Below, in pieces: positions 15,721-28,000 of a stretch of 57,194 nt of DNA. This stretch comes from a virus (Duplodnaviria; Caudoviricetes), in IMG/VR virus record IMGVR_UViG_3300011116_000623, positions 1 to 57,194 of that record; one strand, 5' to 3'. The translations under genes and the position numbers were made by a program. The first letter of the stretch is position 1; every line of letters begins with the position of its first letter. The notes under the pieces are model-generated. The model made no database searches. It had not been told where the DNA came from and was given only the letters and a program-made list of their open reading frames with translations.

Positions 15721-17655
15721 ATGTCATCAGTTATTGAAAACCCATACGAAAACTTTATTGCATTGTCAAGATATGCAAGATGGATTCCAGAAGAGAATAG
15801 AAGAGAAACTTGGCAAGAGACTGTAGACAGATATTTTGTTTTTATGTTAGATCATTTATTTCGTGAGCATTCATACGAGCCATCTGAAAAATTAATCAAG
15901 GAATTAAAAGACGCAGTTCTTAAAAGAAATGTTATGCCCTCAATGAGATCGGTAATGACAGCAGGCGCAGCATTAGAGAGAGACCATGTTGCAGGATATA
16001 ATTGCTCATTTGTTCCAGTAGATAATCCACGCTCATTTGATGAAACCATGTATATTCTTATGTGTGGAACTGGAGTAGGATTTTCTGTAGAATATAAATA
16101 TATTAATAAACTTCCAGCAATCCCAGAATCATTTGAAAAATCTACAACAACAATTGTAGTTGAGGATTCTAAGCAAGGTTGGGCAAAAGCATATCGTGAA
16201 TTGCTTGCGCTACTTTGGACAGGACAAATTCCTTCAATTGATGTAAGCAAACTTCGTCCAGCAGGAGCAAGATTAAAAACTATGGGGGGACGCTCATCTG
16301 GACCACAACCATTAATTAATCTTTTTGATTTTACAATTGCTAAATTTAAAAATGCAGCAGGTCGTCAGTTTAAACCAATTGAAGCACATGACATTATGTG
16401 TAAGATTGGTGAGATTGTTGTAGTAGGTGGAGTTCGTAGATCGGCAATGATTTCTCTATCTAATATTAATGACATTGAAATGGCTGCCGCTAAATCAGGT
16501 AATTGGTGGGAAAATAATTCACAAAGAGCATTGTCAAATAACTCTGTTGCGTATTCTCGCAAACCAGAAATGGCTCAATTTATAGCAGAATGGAAAAACC
16601 TATATGACTCAAAGTCAGGAGAACGTGGAATCTATAATGTTGCAGCAGCACAATCACAAGCTGCTAAATATGGACGAAGGGATCCTGAAATACACTATGG
16701 AACCAACCCTTGTTCGGAAATTATTTTACGTCCTTATCAGTTTTGTAATCTTTCAGAAGTCGTATTACGTGAAAAAGATACAGTTGAGGATGTACAAAAT
16801 AAAGTACGCCTTGCTACAATTCTTGGCACCTGGCAATCAACATTAACTGACTTTAAGTATCTTCGTAAAATTTGGAAAGATAATACTGAAGAAGAACGTC
16901 TACTTGGAGTATCTTTAACAGGTCAATTTGGCCACAAATTCTTTTCTGGAAAAGAAGGTTTAGATAAGCTAGAAAAGACTTTAATTGATTTGCGTGAACA
17001 TGCAAGATCTGTAAACAAAGAAGAGGCAGGTAAAATAGGCATATCAGAGTCTGCCGCAATTACTTGTGTTAAGCCTTCGGGAACAGTATCTCAATTGGTT
17101 GGCGTATCTTCAGGAATGCATCCATGGCATTCATCATATTATATTCGTACAGTTCGTGGTTCAAAGGGAGACCCAATTTCTACATTTTTGAAAGAAGTTG
17201 GAATTCCCGTAGAAGATGATGTAATGAAACCAAACGATACATATGTATTTTCATTTCCAGTAAAAGCACCAGAGGGTGCAATTGTTAGAAATGATTTAAC
17301 AGCACTAGATCATTTAAATATTTGGCTGGTATATCAACGTGCTTGGTGTGAGCATAAGCCGTCTATCACAGTTTCTGTAAAAGAAGATGAGTGGATGGAA
17401 GTTGGTGCTTGGGTGTACAAGCATTTTGATGAAGTATCAGGAATCTCGTTCTTGCCACATTCAGATCACTCATATAAGCAAGCTCCATATCAAGAAGTTT
17501 CTGAAATTGAGTATTTGCAATTAGTTGCAAAAATGCCATCCAGTATTAGATGGGAAGATTTATCATTTTATGAAACAGAAGACGGAACATCTGGAACTCA
17601 AACACTTGCCTGTACATCAGATGGCAATTGCGAGATTGTGGATATTTCAGCTTAG
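15721..17655 (+). CDS. nrdJ: class II (adenosylcobalamin-dependent) ribonucleotide reductase
   Basis: Motifs YNC, GTGVG, GGVRRSA, TNPCSEI, CNLSE, TCVKPSGTVS and a C-terminal Cys pair. No adjacent small subunit. Confidence 0.92.
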   Translation: MSSVIENPYENFIALSRYARWIPEENRRETWQETVDRYFVFMLDHLFREHSYEPSEKLIKELKDAVLKRNVMPSMRSVMTAGAALERDHVAGYNCSFVPVDNPRSFDETMYILMCGTGVGFSVEYKYINKLPAIPESFEKSTTTIVVEDSKQGWAKAYRELLALLWTGQIPSIDVSKLRPAGARLKTMGGRSSGPQPLINLFDFTIAKFKNAAGRQFKPIEAHDIMCKIGEIVVVGGVRRSAMISLSNINDIEMAAAKSGNWWENNSQRALSNNSVAYSRKPEMAQFIAEWKNLYDSKSGERGIYNVAAAQSQAAKYGRRDPEIHYGTNPCSEIILRPYQFCNLSEVVLREKDTVEDVQNKVRLATILGTWQSTLTDFKYLRKIWKDNTEEERLLGVSLTGQFGHKFFSGKEGLDKLEKTLIDLREHARSVNKEEAGKIGISESAAITCVKPSGTVSQLVGVSSGMHPWHSSYYIRTVRGSKGDPISTFLKEVGIPVEDDVMKPNDTYVFSFPVKAPEGAIVRNDLTALDHLNIWLVYQRAWCEHKPSITVSVKEDEWMEVGAWVYKHFDEVSGISFLPHSDHSYKQAPYQEVSEIEYLQLVAKMPSSIRWEDLSFYETEDGTSGTQTLACTSDGNCEIVDISA

Positions 17656-17723
17656 TAGTATAATATAGGTATTGGGGTAACACCCAAAATTCCTGGGCAC
17701 CGTGCCCAGAATTAGGAGGTCTT

Positions 17724-17951
17724 ATGTCAAAACAAGATCTTAACAATGATGGAAAGGTAACAATGCAAGAGAAAATTCTAGCAGCGTTGGCAAGCTATGG
17801 TCGTCACTTTTTAGGTGCAGCCATTGCTCTTTACATGACTGGAAACACTGACCCAGGAGATTTAGTCAAGGGTGGTATCGCCGCATGTCTACCAGTTATC
17901 CTAAAGGCTCTCAATCCAAATGAGACGGCTTTCGGATTTACTAAAAAGTAA
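17724..17951 (+). CDS. putative holin / small membrane protein
   Basis: 75 aa with two hydrophobic segments and AGGAGG SD. Confidence 0.5.
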   Translation: MSKQDLNNDGKVTMQEKILAALASYGRHFLGAAIALYMTGNTDPGDLVKGGIAACLPVILKALNPNETAFGFTKK

Positions 17952-18027
17952 TATAAGTTAAACAGATTAGGATCACTCCTGTGCTAAAATAAGCATAGGA
18001 GTTTTCCTATTCAAGGAGTACTAGCAA

Positions 18028-18375
18028 ATGGCAGGACAAAAAAATTTCGAAGTGGATCAAAATGCCACTTTTACCTTTATTGTTGAATATAAAGACAATA
18101 ATGGTTTGCCCATCAACTTAACTGGAGCAACAGCTAAGATGCAAGTTCGTGACACCAAAGGTGGAACAAAATTAGCATTTTCTTTGACGTCTCCAAGTGG
18201 CGGAATTGTAATTGACCCTGTTAACGGCAAACTTACAATAAAGATAACCCCTACACAAACAAATAAGCTTTTCTATCCAAAATCATCTTACGATATTATG
18301 ATAACAGATAGTAATGCTAATAAGATTAAATTACTAGAAGGGTTTATGACCTTAAGCAGGTCGGTAACAATCTAA
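18028..18375 (+). CDS. virion beta-sandwich protein (BppU/LtfC-like)
   Basis: DQ.ATF...D..G.PINLTG.TAKMQVR...YD...LLEG pattern. Confidence 0.6.
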   Translation: MAGQKNFEVDQNATFTFIVEYKDNNGLPINLTGATAKMQVRDTKGGTKLAFSLTSPSGGIVIDPVNGKLTIKITPTQTNKLFYPKSSYDIMITDSNANKIKLLEGFMTLSRSVTI

Positions 18376-18812
18376 TGACAGAAACAGTAATAGTAACTGA
18401 AACCGTAAACGATGTAATAATATCCTCACCAGGACCACAAGGACCTAGAGGAAAAAGTATATTAAATGGTACAGGTGCCCCAGCAGCAAATTTAGGCATG
18501 GAGGGCGATTTTTATTATGATAAAGACACTACAAGATTTTATGGCCCAAAGCCAACAGAAACCTCTTGGAGCGGTGCCATCAGTTATTTGCTAAACATGA
18601 CATTTGAATATACTTGGGAATTAACACAGGTTACTGGGCCATCTCAAGGGGTATATTCGGTACAAATTAATCATAATTTAGGAATGAAGCCAAATGTTAC
18701 TGTTAAATCAAGCGCTGGCGACATATTAGAAACTGGAATAGACTATAATAGTAATAATACAATTACACTGACAATGGCTCAACCATTCTCAGGGACAGCG
18801 TACCTGTCTTAA
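18375..18812 (+). CDS. putative virion protein with short collagen-like stretch
   Basis: PGPQGPRG, G..GDFYYD and HNLG motifs. Confidence 0.6.
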   Translation: MTETVIVTETVNDVIISSPGPQGPRGKSILNGTGAPAANLGMEGDFYYDKDTTRFYGPKPTETSWSGAISYLLNMTFEYTWELTQVTGPSQGVYSVQINHNLGMKPNVTVKSSAGDILETGIDYNSNNTITLTMAQPFSGTAYLS

Positions 18813-18824
18813 GGGAGTTAGAAA

Positions 18825-20255
18825 ATGGCAAGAAAATTTTTAGTTAGCGTTGATCTCAATAAAAATGAGCTTTTAAATGCTAGAATTCAAAACTTAGGAT
18901 CAGCACCTTCCAGTCCCGTAACTGGACAGGTTTATTATGACACATCAAATAACACGATGTACTACTACAACGGATTATCTTCGCCAGATGGTCCATGGAT
19001 GCCGATGTCTGGATCAACAGAGGTTATTCAAGATGTAATCGGCTCATCAGTATTAGCTGGGACAGCTTTAACATCAACATATAATGATGTTGCTGGAACA
19101 ACAACACTTAAGCTTAACGACACAGCAGTAACACCAGGATCATATGGATCTCAAACAGCAATTCCTACATTTACAGTAGACCAACAAGGTAGATTAACAG
19201 CAGCAAGTACCGTAACAGTAGCAACTACTCTTTCAATTGCAGGAGAAACTGGAACAGATACAGTAAATCTACTTACAGATACATTAACTGTAACTGGAGA
19301 TTCAGCTATTGATACAGCTGTAACAAATAATACAATTACAGTAACAGCAAAAGATGCAACTTCATCTCAAAAAGGTGTCGCCTCATTTGATTCTACAGAT
19401 TTTACAGTAACATCTGCAGCAGTAACATTAAATGCTGAAAGAATTCAAGATATTGTTGGAGCAATGGTTACTCCCCCAAATACAGAGTCTGGAATTGCTG
19501 TTACATATGACGATACAAATGGAAAACTTGATTTTGATACAAATGATTTTAGCATTACTCTTACAGGAGATGTAACAGGTTCTGGAACAGTAACAAATCT
19601 TGGAAACGTAAGCTTTGCAGCCACAATTCAACCAAACTCAGTAGCACTTGGAACAGATACAACTGGAGCATATATTGCAACAGTAGCTGGAACAACAAAC
19701 GAAATTGAAGTTTCAGGTTCAGGTGGAGAGACAGCAGCAATTACAATTGGTTTGCCAGATGATGTAACAATTACTAATAACTTAACAGTTGGCGGTAATT
19801 TAAACGTAACTGGAACAATTAACTCAGTAAATACCACTCAGGTAAATATTGTTGATAACAAGATCAATCTTAACACTGATTTTACTGGATCCCCAACAGT
19901 AGATGCTGGTATTCGTGTAGAGCGTGGAACATCATCAGATGTTGAAATTCTATGGAGAGAATCTGCAGGATCAAGTCAGTCTGCAACAACCTGGGGATTA
20001 ACAAATGATGGCACTAACTACCATTCAATTGCACGTAAATGGTCATCAGATATCACAACAACTGTTGTTTCTCCTTACACATTTACAGCAACACATAATT
20101 TAGGAACAAGGGATGTGGTAGTTTCAGTTTATTCAAATTCTTCACCATATGGAGAAGTTGAAGTAGACGTAGACCATACATCAACAAACGTAGTAACATT
20201 AACATTTGCAGCAGCACCAACAGCTGGAGCGTATAGAGTCGTAATCACAGGTTAA
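18825..20255 (+). CDS. Thr/Ser-rich tail-fibre-like structural protein
   Basis: 476 aa. Fibre motifs TPGSYG...TVD.QGRLTAAS and VGGNLNVTGT...V.IVDN. Confidence 0.7.
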   Translation: MARKFLVSVDLNKNELLNARIQNLGSAPSSPVTGQVYYDTSNNTMYYYNGLSSPDGPWMPMSGSTEVIQDVIGSSVLAGTALTSTYNDVAGTTTLKLNDTAVTPGSYGSQTAIPTFTVDQQGRLTAASTVTVATTLSIAGETGTDTVNLLTDTLTVTGDSAIDTAVTNNTITVTAKDATSSQKGVASFDSTDFTVTSAAVTLNAERIQDIVGAMVTPPNTESGIAVTYDDTNGKLDFDTNDFSITLTGDVTGSGTVTNLGNVSFAATIQPNSVALGTDTTGAYIATVAGTTNEIEVSGSGGETAAITIGLPDDVTITNNLTVGGNLNVTGTINSVNTTQVNIVDNKINLNTDFTGSPTVDAGIRVERGTSSDVEILWRESAGSSQSATTWGLTNDGTNYHSIARKWSSDITTTVVSPYTFTATHNLGTRDVVVSVYSNSSPYGEVEVDVDHTSTNVVTLTFAAAPTAGAYRVVITG

Positions 20256-20265
20256 GGAGGGCTAG

Positions 20266-20514
20266 ATGTCTATAAAAAGATTAGTCCCTCTTAATGCATT
20301 AGAATTAACTACGAATCCAACAAATGCACGACGTGGTGATATTTATTATAATACTGTTGTCGATGAACTTCGTGTATACGACGGTACAACTTGGACGCCA
20401 GTAGCAGTAGCAGGAGAACTAGCAGATCATCTACATACATATGATGGTGCAATTTATTCTGTAGGAAACATTACATATCCAATGGATCCCGTTATTGATG
20501 GAGGTACTCCATAA
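20266..20514 (+). CDS. small fibre-associated protein
   Basis: GDIYYNT..DELRVYDGTTW motif. Confidence 0.6.
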   Translation: MSIKRLVPLNALELTTNPTNARRGDIYYNTVVDELRVYDGTTWTPVAVAGELADHLHTYDGAIYSVGNITYPMDPVIDGGTP

Positions 20515-23500
20515 TGGCTACTAGTTATCCTGGTTCTTTAGATAATTTTACAAATCCAACCTCTACCAGCCCAATAAATAGCCCGTCCCATGCAGACCAG
20601 CATTCAAATGCTAATGATGCAATTGAGGCTATTGAAGGTGAATTAGGAACTAATCCAAAAGGCGCTAAAGCAACGGTCAAGGCTCGTTTAGATGATGTTG
20701 ATACTGCAATTGCACTTAAAGCACCTATTGCATCTCCAACATTTACAGGCACTGTAACAATCCCAGCAGGCTCAGCAATCACTGGTGTGCCATATCTTGC
20801 TACTGCTAATACTTTTACTGGTGGCGTTCAGCAAATTACAACCGCAAGTGATGCAACTGTTGGTTTAATTCTTAAACGTGGAACTTCAGGACAAACTGCA
20901 AATATTTTTGAAATAAAAAGACAAGATAACAATAACTATGTCTTTGTTGATGCAGCGGGATTTTTACAGGCACAATCCAGAGGGTTAGTAACAAATACGC
21001 AAGTAGGTGGAGGAACTTCCTTTACGGTTCAAACTGGATTTGCAAGTTCAATTCCTCTACTTGTAAAAGCAGCAGCCTCCCAAACTGCAGACCTGCAACA
21101 GTGGCAGGATAGTGCTGGGAATGTGTTGGCAAGTTTATCTCCTGTAATTTCTTCTAACGTAAGTCTTAAATTTACAGATGCATATTCTTGGAGTATAAAC
21201 TGGGGAAGTAGACCAATACTGTCAACTGCCTCTGGATACCTTACTATAACTCCTTATGACGATTCACGAATTGCATTAACAGTCAAGGGCTATGCCTCTC
21301 AAACCGCCAATCTCCAGGAATGGCAGGGCTCTGGTGGAAATGCATTAACCGTTATAGATGCTTATGGAGCGTTGTATTTAAAAGATACTGCAATGATTGC
21401 ACCAGCCGCAAATTGGGCAGCGGATAGGTTTGCACCTGGTGGATTAACCATTATAAATAGAGGAACTGCTTCACAATTACCATTTGGTGTTCGTGGCGCT
21501 GCCTCTCAAACTGCTAATTTACAAGAGTGGCAGAACTCTGCTGGGACTGTGGTGGCAAATATTAAATCAGATGGGGCATTTAAAACTGGAATATTACAGA
21601 CAGGTCAATTTTATACACTTACAGATACTGGCCCATATCTACTTTCAGACCAATATGGTTGGAGTTTAATAAATAGAAACATAGTTGAAACCAATATTTT
21701 TACAATTAAAGGTATGTCTGGTCAAACTGGAAACCTCCAGGAATGGCGAAACAGTGCTAATACAGTGTTGGTTAAAATTGCTGCAGATGGAAGTACTACC
21801 TTTGCTTCACCAATCGTAGGCTTTGTTGGAAATTCTGGCTCATATTCTTCTACCGCCGTATCTGGCTATAATATAATCCATTTAAGCCAAGGAATGATTC
21901 TTATAAATAGCCAAACTGGCGGAGATTATAATCTGGCTACAAATGCCTATTATAACTCAGGATGGAAATATTTTGAAAGTACTGGCTCAACTCTTATAAA
22001 TTTTGGTAACGGAAGATTTGATTTTAATACTGCTTCATCTGGAACCGCTGGAAACGCAATAACTTATACAAGTAAAATGATTATTGCAAACAGTGGAACT
22101 GTTACTATTAATGGATTTGGTGCAGGTTCTCAAGGTTTAATCGTCAAAGGCGCCGCATCACAAACTGCCAACTTGCAAGAATGGCAGAATAGTGCTGGGA
22201 CAGTTATAGCAAACATTACACCTGCTGGAAAAATAGCAATGAAACATATTAACGGCATAAGCGGAGATATGTTAAGTTTGGGCTCTAATGGTGCATCTGA
22301 TATATTGGTCGTAGGATATGACAACATATCAGCCGCAACATATATTAATGGTGGAAGTTATGGTCCAATTCAGGTTCAACTAAACTCTGCAGCCAATGGA
22401 AAATTTGTAATCAAAGGCGCAGCCTCACAAACTGCAGACCTACAACAATGGCAGAACTCAAGCGGTACTGTGTTGGTAAAAATAAATTCAACAGGTCAAA
22501 TAACCTCTTTGGGTAGTGACCATTATTTTAGTTCTAGTGCTGCATATCGTCCAAATATACATATTACAAATACTACTGCTGATTCAAATGGTTCATATAT
22601 TTTATTTGAAAAATCTAGGGCTGGTTCAGTAGTTGTTGCAAATGATGTTCTCGGAGTTCTTAATTTTACAGGATTTGATACTGCTACGTATGCTGGTTCA
22701 GCAATAATTTATGGTGTTGCTGAAGGAACATTTTCTCCAACATCTCGTCCTGGTAAATTAGTATTTGCAACAGTTCCAAGTGGCAGTACAACTATGACAG
22801 ATAGAATGACTATTGCAAACAGTGGAACTGTTACTATTAATGGATTCGGTGCAGCAGCACAAGGTCTCATCATTAAATCCGCTGCCTCTCAATCTGTCAA
22901 TATTTTTGAAGTTCAAAATTCTGGCGGATATCCGATGGTATATGTTGATGCTTACGGAGCATTAGTAGCACGAGCATCGGGAATGTATGTAGATTCTGGT
23001 TATTCAAGTGGGATTGGTTTGCAAGTTCGTGGCGTAGCCTCACAAACTGCTGACCTACAACAATGGCAGAATAATGCTGTAACGGTGCTAGCTAAAGTAA
23101 ATAATTATGGTGGCGCTGAGTTTATTGACTTAAAAGTTGGAACAACATCTTCTTTAGGTGTATTAAGCGTTACTCCAGGCTTATCTTCACAACTTGGCAT
23201 TATAGTTCGTGGTAGAGCCTCTCAAACTGCAGATTTGCAGCAATGGCAAGATAGTGCTGGTAATGTAGCAGCAAGTATAAATTCAGGTGGAAGTTTAAGT
23301 CTTTCTAGAAGTTTATACACAAGCGCATCACTAGGAGTTTGGGCTTCAGTAAATGCCGACCCTCAAGGCGGTTCTACTGGAAATGCACTAACTGTTCAAA
23401 CATATAACACAACAAGTAAAGGTATTGTAATCGTAGGACAAGCCTCTCAGACCGCTAATCTGCAAGAATGGCAGAATAGTTCTGGAACTGTGTTGGCTTC

Positions 23501-25025
23501 CATATCTTCAGCAGGTAAATTAACCTCTGCAGTTGATGCAAGTATTAATGGTCTCACATTTGGTTTAGGTGCAAGTGCAGTTTCAAGCAATGTTGCAGCA
23601 GGTTCAAATGCGTTGGCAACAAATAGCACTGGTTTAAACAATTCCGCACTTGGCTATCAGGCTCTTTATCTTAATACAACAGGCGCTGGGAATTCTGCAT
23701 TTGGTTACATCTCGTTAACAACAAATACTTCAGGGTATAACAATTCTGCTTTTGGAACGCAGTCACTTACTGGTAATACTACAGGAATAAATAACACCGC
23801 TATTGGAGCGTTTGTTCTTAAGAGTAACACAACAGGTAGCGATAATTCGTCTTTTGGTATTAATTCGCTCTATACAAATACAACTGGGGCTGAAAATACT
23901 GCAATTGGGGCCAATAGTCTTTATTTAAATACAATAGGCATAGGCAACTCGGCGTTTGGAAAAAACTCTTTATATTCCAATACAACAGGCTCATCCAATG
24001 TTGGAATTGGTTATAGCAGCATCTACGCAAATACAACTGGAAGCAATCACGTTGCAGTTGGGTATCAGGCACTGTATAGCAACACCAGCGGAATAGAAAA
24101 CTCTGTTCTTGGTTATCAAGCGCTATACGCCAACACAACGGGTTCTGGAAATACAGGATTTGGAACTGCTGCTTTATATTCTAACACGGGTGGCTATAAC
24201 AATACTGCTGTTGCTTCAAAAGCGTTGTACTCGAATACTAATGGCATTCAGAATGTTGCAATTGGTCAGAGGGCGCTCTATACAAATACAACTGGCGGAA
24301 ATAACACAGCAATTGGTATGCAATCTGGATATCTAAATGTAACTGGTTCATCATCTGTGTTTATAGGCTATCAAGCAGGTTACAATGAAACAGGCTCAAA
24401 CAAACTTTATATTGCAAACACTGATACCGCCACCCCACTTATCGGTGGAGACTTCTCTGCTAAGACTTTAACAGTTGCTGGTAATGCAGCTGTAGTTTCA
24501 CAGGCTACTGGAACTCCTGTTCTTATTGTTAAAGGAACTTCTGGACAACAACAATATTTTTCAATTCAAGATTCAAGCGGATCGGCAGGTATATATGTAG
24601 ATCAATATATGCAAATGATTCACGCTACAAATACTTATTTTAATGGAATATATAATAATTCTGGAAATTGGTCTATTAATAATTCTGGAAGTTTAAGTAT
24701 TAAACAAATAGCTTCTAATATATCATCTACTGTTTCTATAAATACCGCCTCAACAATAGATACAGTTGCTCTTTCATCATTTACAAGTATGGAATATACA
24801 CTTTCAATTAAGCAGGGATCCAAGATTAGAAGCTCTAAGGTTCTTGTTCATACCGACGGAACTTCTGTGGACTCTACAGAATACGGAATTATGGAAATGG
24901 GAGGGGGAATCACAGGAATCCTAGTAACAGCCTCAGTATCTAGCACAAATGCTATTTTACAAGTAACAATTACAGATGCAGCTACTACAAATGCCACAGT
25001 TAAGTTAATTAAAACAATGTTATAA
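20514..25025 (+). CDS. giant modular fibre/adhesin-like protein 1 (1503 aa)
   Basis: About 9 canonical and 3 degenerate SQTA(N/D)LQ(E/Q)WQ repeats, plus a block of 17-aa N-x-A-x-G-x-x-AL-x-x-NTTG repeats. Confidence 0.8.
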   Translation: MATSYPGSLDNFTNPTSTSPINSPSHADQHSNANDAIEAIEGELGTNPKGAKATVKARLDDVDTAIALKAPIASPTFTGTVTIPAGSAITGVPYLATANTFTGGVQQITTASDATVGLILKRGTSGQTANIFEIKRQDNNNYVFVDAAGFLQAQSRGLVTNTQVGGGTSFTVQTGFASSIPLLVKAAASQTADLQQWQDSAGNVLASLSPVISSNVSLKFTDAYSWSINWGSRPILSTASGYLTITPYDDSRIALTVKGYASQTANLQEWQGSGGNALTVIDAYGALYLKDTAMIAPAANWAADRFAPGGLTIINRGTASQLPFGVRGAASQTANLQEWQNSAGTVVANIKSDGAFKTGILQTGQFYTLTDTGPYLLSDQYGWSLINRNIVETNIFTIKGMSGQTGNLQEWRNSANTVLVKIAADGSTTFASPIVGFVGNSGSYSSTAVSGYNIIHLSQGMILINSQTGGDYNLATNAYYNSGWKYFESTGSTLINFGNGRFDFNTASSGTAGNAITYTSKMIIANSGTVTINGFGAGSQGLIVKGAASQTANLQEWQNSAGTVIANITPAGKIAMKHINGISGDMLSLGSNGASDILVVGYDNISAATYINGGSYGPIQVQLNSAANGKFVIKGAASQTADLQQWQNSSGTVLVKINSTGQITSLGSDHYFSSSAAYRPNIHITNTTADSNGSYILFEKSRAGSVVVANDVLGVLNFTGFDTATYAGSAIIYGVAEGTFSPTSRPGKLVFATVPSGSTTMTDRMTIANSGTVTINGFGAAAQGLIIKSAASQSVNIFEVQNSGGYPMVYVDAYGALVARASGMYVDSGYSSGIGLQVRGVASQTADLQQWQNNAVTVLAKVNNYGGAEFIDLKVGTTSSLGVLSVTPGLSSQLGIIVRGRASQTADLQQWQDSAGNVAASINSGGSLSLSRSLYTSASLGVWASVNADPQGGSTGNALTVQTYNTTSKGIVIVGQASQTANLQEWQNSSGTVLASISSAGKLTSAVDASINGLTFGLGASAVSSNVAAGSNALATNSTGLNNSALGYQALYLNTTGAGNSAFGYISLTTNTSGYNNSAFGTQSLTGNTTGINNTAIGAFVLKSNTTGSDNSSFGINSLYTNTTGAENTAIGANSLYLNTIGIGNSAFGKNSLYSNTTGSSNVGIGYSSIYANTTGSNHVAVGYQALYSNTSGIENSVLGYQALYANTTGSGNTGFGTAALYSNTGGYNNTAVASKALYSNTNGIQNVAIGQRALYTNTTGGNNTAIGMQSGYLNVTGSSSVFIGYQAGYNETGSNKLYIANTDTATPLIGGDFSAKTLTVAGNAAVVSQATGTPVLIVKGTSGQQQYFSIQDSSGSAGIYVDQYMQMIHATNTYFNGIYNNSGNWSINNSGSLSIKQIASNISSTVSINTASTIDTVALSSFTSMEYTLSIKQGSKIRSSKVLVHTDGTSVDSTEYGIMEMGGGITGILVTASVSSTNAILQVTITDAATTNATVKLIKTML

Positions 25026-25059
25026 TTAAACTATATATTATGGGGAAATGTGAACCAAT

Positions 25060-28000
25060 ATGAGCGATAAAAACTTTAAAGTTAAAAACGGTATAGACTC
25101 AACAGGTCCCGTTACAATTACCACTCCCAATACATCAACAACTGGATTGGTTATAAATGTTCCAGTTGGAGGAAAAGCTGTTGAATTTTTAAGAAATGGT
25201 TCTTATGTTGGAGCGATTGACGATTGGGGTGGACTTAATACTACTCAAGGAATTAATGCTGCTGGATTTTGGTTTACAAGATCTCCAGGAATAGAAGCAC
25301 AATCATTTTTTTGGGCGGGATCATCTATAAGATCAGCAGCAGGTTTTGGTGGAACAAGTACTGGAACAAACCCAGTAATATATATATCTTCTCATAGTAC
25401 AGGTACAAATGATTTAACTCAATGGCTTAAACCAGACAATACAATTGTTGCAAAAGTAGACTATCTTGGAAATATAACAGCAAATGATTTAACGTTAGCT
25501 GGTAATTTAACTGTAAATGGAACAACTACAAATCTTAATTCTACTAACCTTATTATAGAAGATAAAAATATTATTATTGCAGATGTTGCAACACCAAGTG
25601 ATACTACCGCCGATGGAGCGGGAATTACAGTAAAGGGAGCCACGGATAAAACATTTAATTGGGTACAATCAACAAAGTCATTTACAACATCTGATCCATT
25701 AATTATAAATAATACATCAACAACAACAGTCCCATTGATAGCAAAAGGCTATGCCTCTCAAACTGCTAATCATTTTGAAGTTCAAGATTCTGCAGGAAAT
25801 AAAATGTTTGTTGTTAATCCGCCTGCTGGTACATTACAACCCTTAGAATATTTTTTTGTTAGACCAGGAGGCACTGGCGGAACTGCAACTATTGGAACAA
25901 ATTCATATTCATTTAGAGTAGTTGCTGCGAACGGTAATTCTGTAAGCTTTGGAACCCCAGGTGGTGGAACTTCATTGCAAGTTTTTACAAGTGATACATT
26001 TAATAGATATAAAATTATTGGATCTGGTACAGGAATAGCTCCTACATTTACAACTGATGGTAATGATGCAAATGTAAATATGTATGTTACTGCAAAAGGT
26101 GCAGGTAAAATTGGAATTAATACAACATCTCCAACTGGATATGTTCATGCTGTAAGTTCTAGTTCTTCAACCGTAGGTTTAATTGTTGAAGGCGCTTCTG
26201 GACAAACATCTACAAATATATTTGAAGTACAAAGGGCAGGTGGTGGAGACCCATCATTTACCGTTTCTCATAATTACATTGACTTAAATAGAAATACCAC
26301 CGCAGCAGCATCTATGACAGTTTATGGTGCTAATTCTAATCAAACTCCATTACAGATAAAAGGTCGTGCTTCTCAAACTGCTGATTTAGTATCAATTCAA
26401 CAATCATCAGGCTTTGCTCTAGCTAGATTTGATGCAAACGCAAATATTGTTTTAGGTAATACAAATGTTGATTCAAATAACTATTTATCATTTATAAAAG
26501 CAGGCGGTGCTGTTGGAGGAAATGCTGGAATTAGATTCGGTAATGATGCTGATGGAACAAATCAACATACATTAACAGTTAATACATCAAATGCTGATTT
26601 AACGTTAGAACATAAAAATGTTAATTCTAGATTTATAGTTAAAGGCGCCACTTCCCAAACTGCCAACCTGCAAGAGTGGCAAGATAGTGCTGGTAACCTG
26701 CTGTCAGCAATTAGAAGCGATGGCGTATTAAGAGTTTCACAAATTATTTCAAAGGAAAATTACAGTTCTTATTTTAGTTTTTCAAGTGGTAGTCCGATTC
26801 AAGTAAATCCGCTTACCAGCGGAACTGTTGGTTTAGTTGTAAAAGCAGTAACCTCCCAAACTGCCAACCTGCAGGAGTGGCAGAATAGTAGCGGCGGTGT
26901 AGACACTGCCGTAACTTCAACAGGAAGACTATCTGTTCGTACTACACTTGCAAATGCTGGATTAAATGTTGGAGCACCATCTGCGGCAACTGTCGCTGCA
27001 ATCATTCGTGGTGTAGCCTCACAAACTGCTGACTTATTACAATTACAAAATAGCGCTGGAACTGCAATTGCTTTAATTAATGCATCAGGAGATTTTGTAG
27101 CAAGAAATATTTATGCTAGCGCAAGTGCGAATTACTATACAGCACAAGTTAATATTCTTCCTGATTCTGCAGCAAAAGCAGGAATAGTTATTCGTGGTGT
27201 AGCCTCCCAAACTGCTAATCTTCAGGAGTGGCAGAACAGTTCTGGTACAGTGTTGGCGAAGGTTGATAGTTCTGGAAGCATTACATCAAATATATCTTTT
27301 GCAGTAAACAACACAAGCGGCAACGCAATATTTTCGGTAAGCCCGTATTCAGAAGTTTCTATACCAGGTGTAATATATGCTGGCCTATATGCAACTGCAA
27401 AATTAAATCTTTTAACAAATAATACTTCTATGATTGGTGCAATCATTCGTGGGCAAACCTCTCAAACCGCAGACCTTCAGCAATGGCAGGATGGTGCTGG
27501 AACCGTTGGAGCATATGTAGCCTCGGATGGAAGTTTTATTACTCGTGGTTCACTTATTGGTGGTTCATATTCTGGAAGTGCTTTATTTGGAGTTCAAAAC
27601 TATTCAACAACTCAAGTTGTAGCAGTAGTCAAAGGCGCCGCCTCACAAACTGCCAATCTTCAAGAATGGCAAAATTCCGCAGGTGGAGTACTTAGTTACA
27701 TAACCGCATCTGGAGCATTGCGTGTAAACAGTTCATTCGGTGGAACTCAAGCAGCAATTACTGCGGGCTCTGCAGCAACTGTAGGCGTAATAGTACGTGG
27801 TGCAGCCTCCCAAACTGCCGACTTGCAACAGTGGCAGGATAGTGCTGGAACTGTACTTGCTAGAGTGTACAATAATGGTGTTCTTTCTGTTGGCTCTCTT
27901 TATGCCGCAACTGGCGACTTGTCTGTTGCGTATGGTGGCTATTTTGGTGGCGGTACTGCTGGTGGATATATTGGCGCTGCTGTTTCCGTAATTCCTTGGA

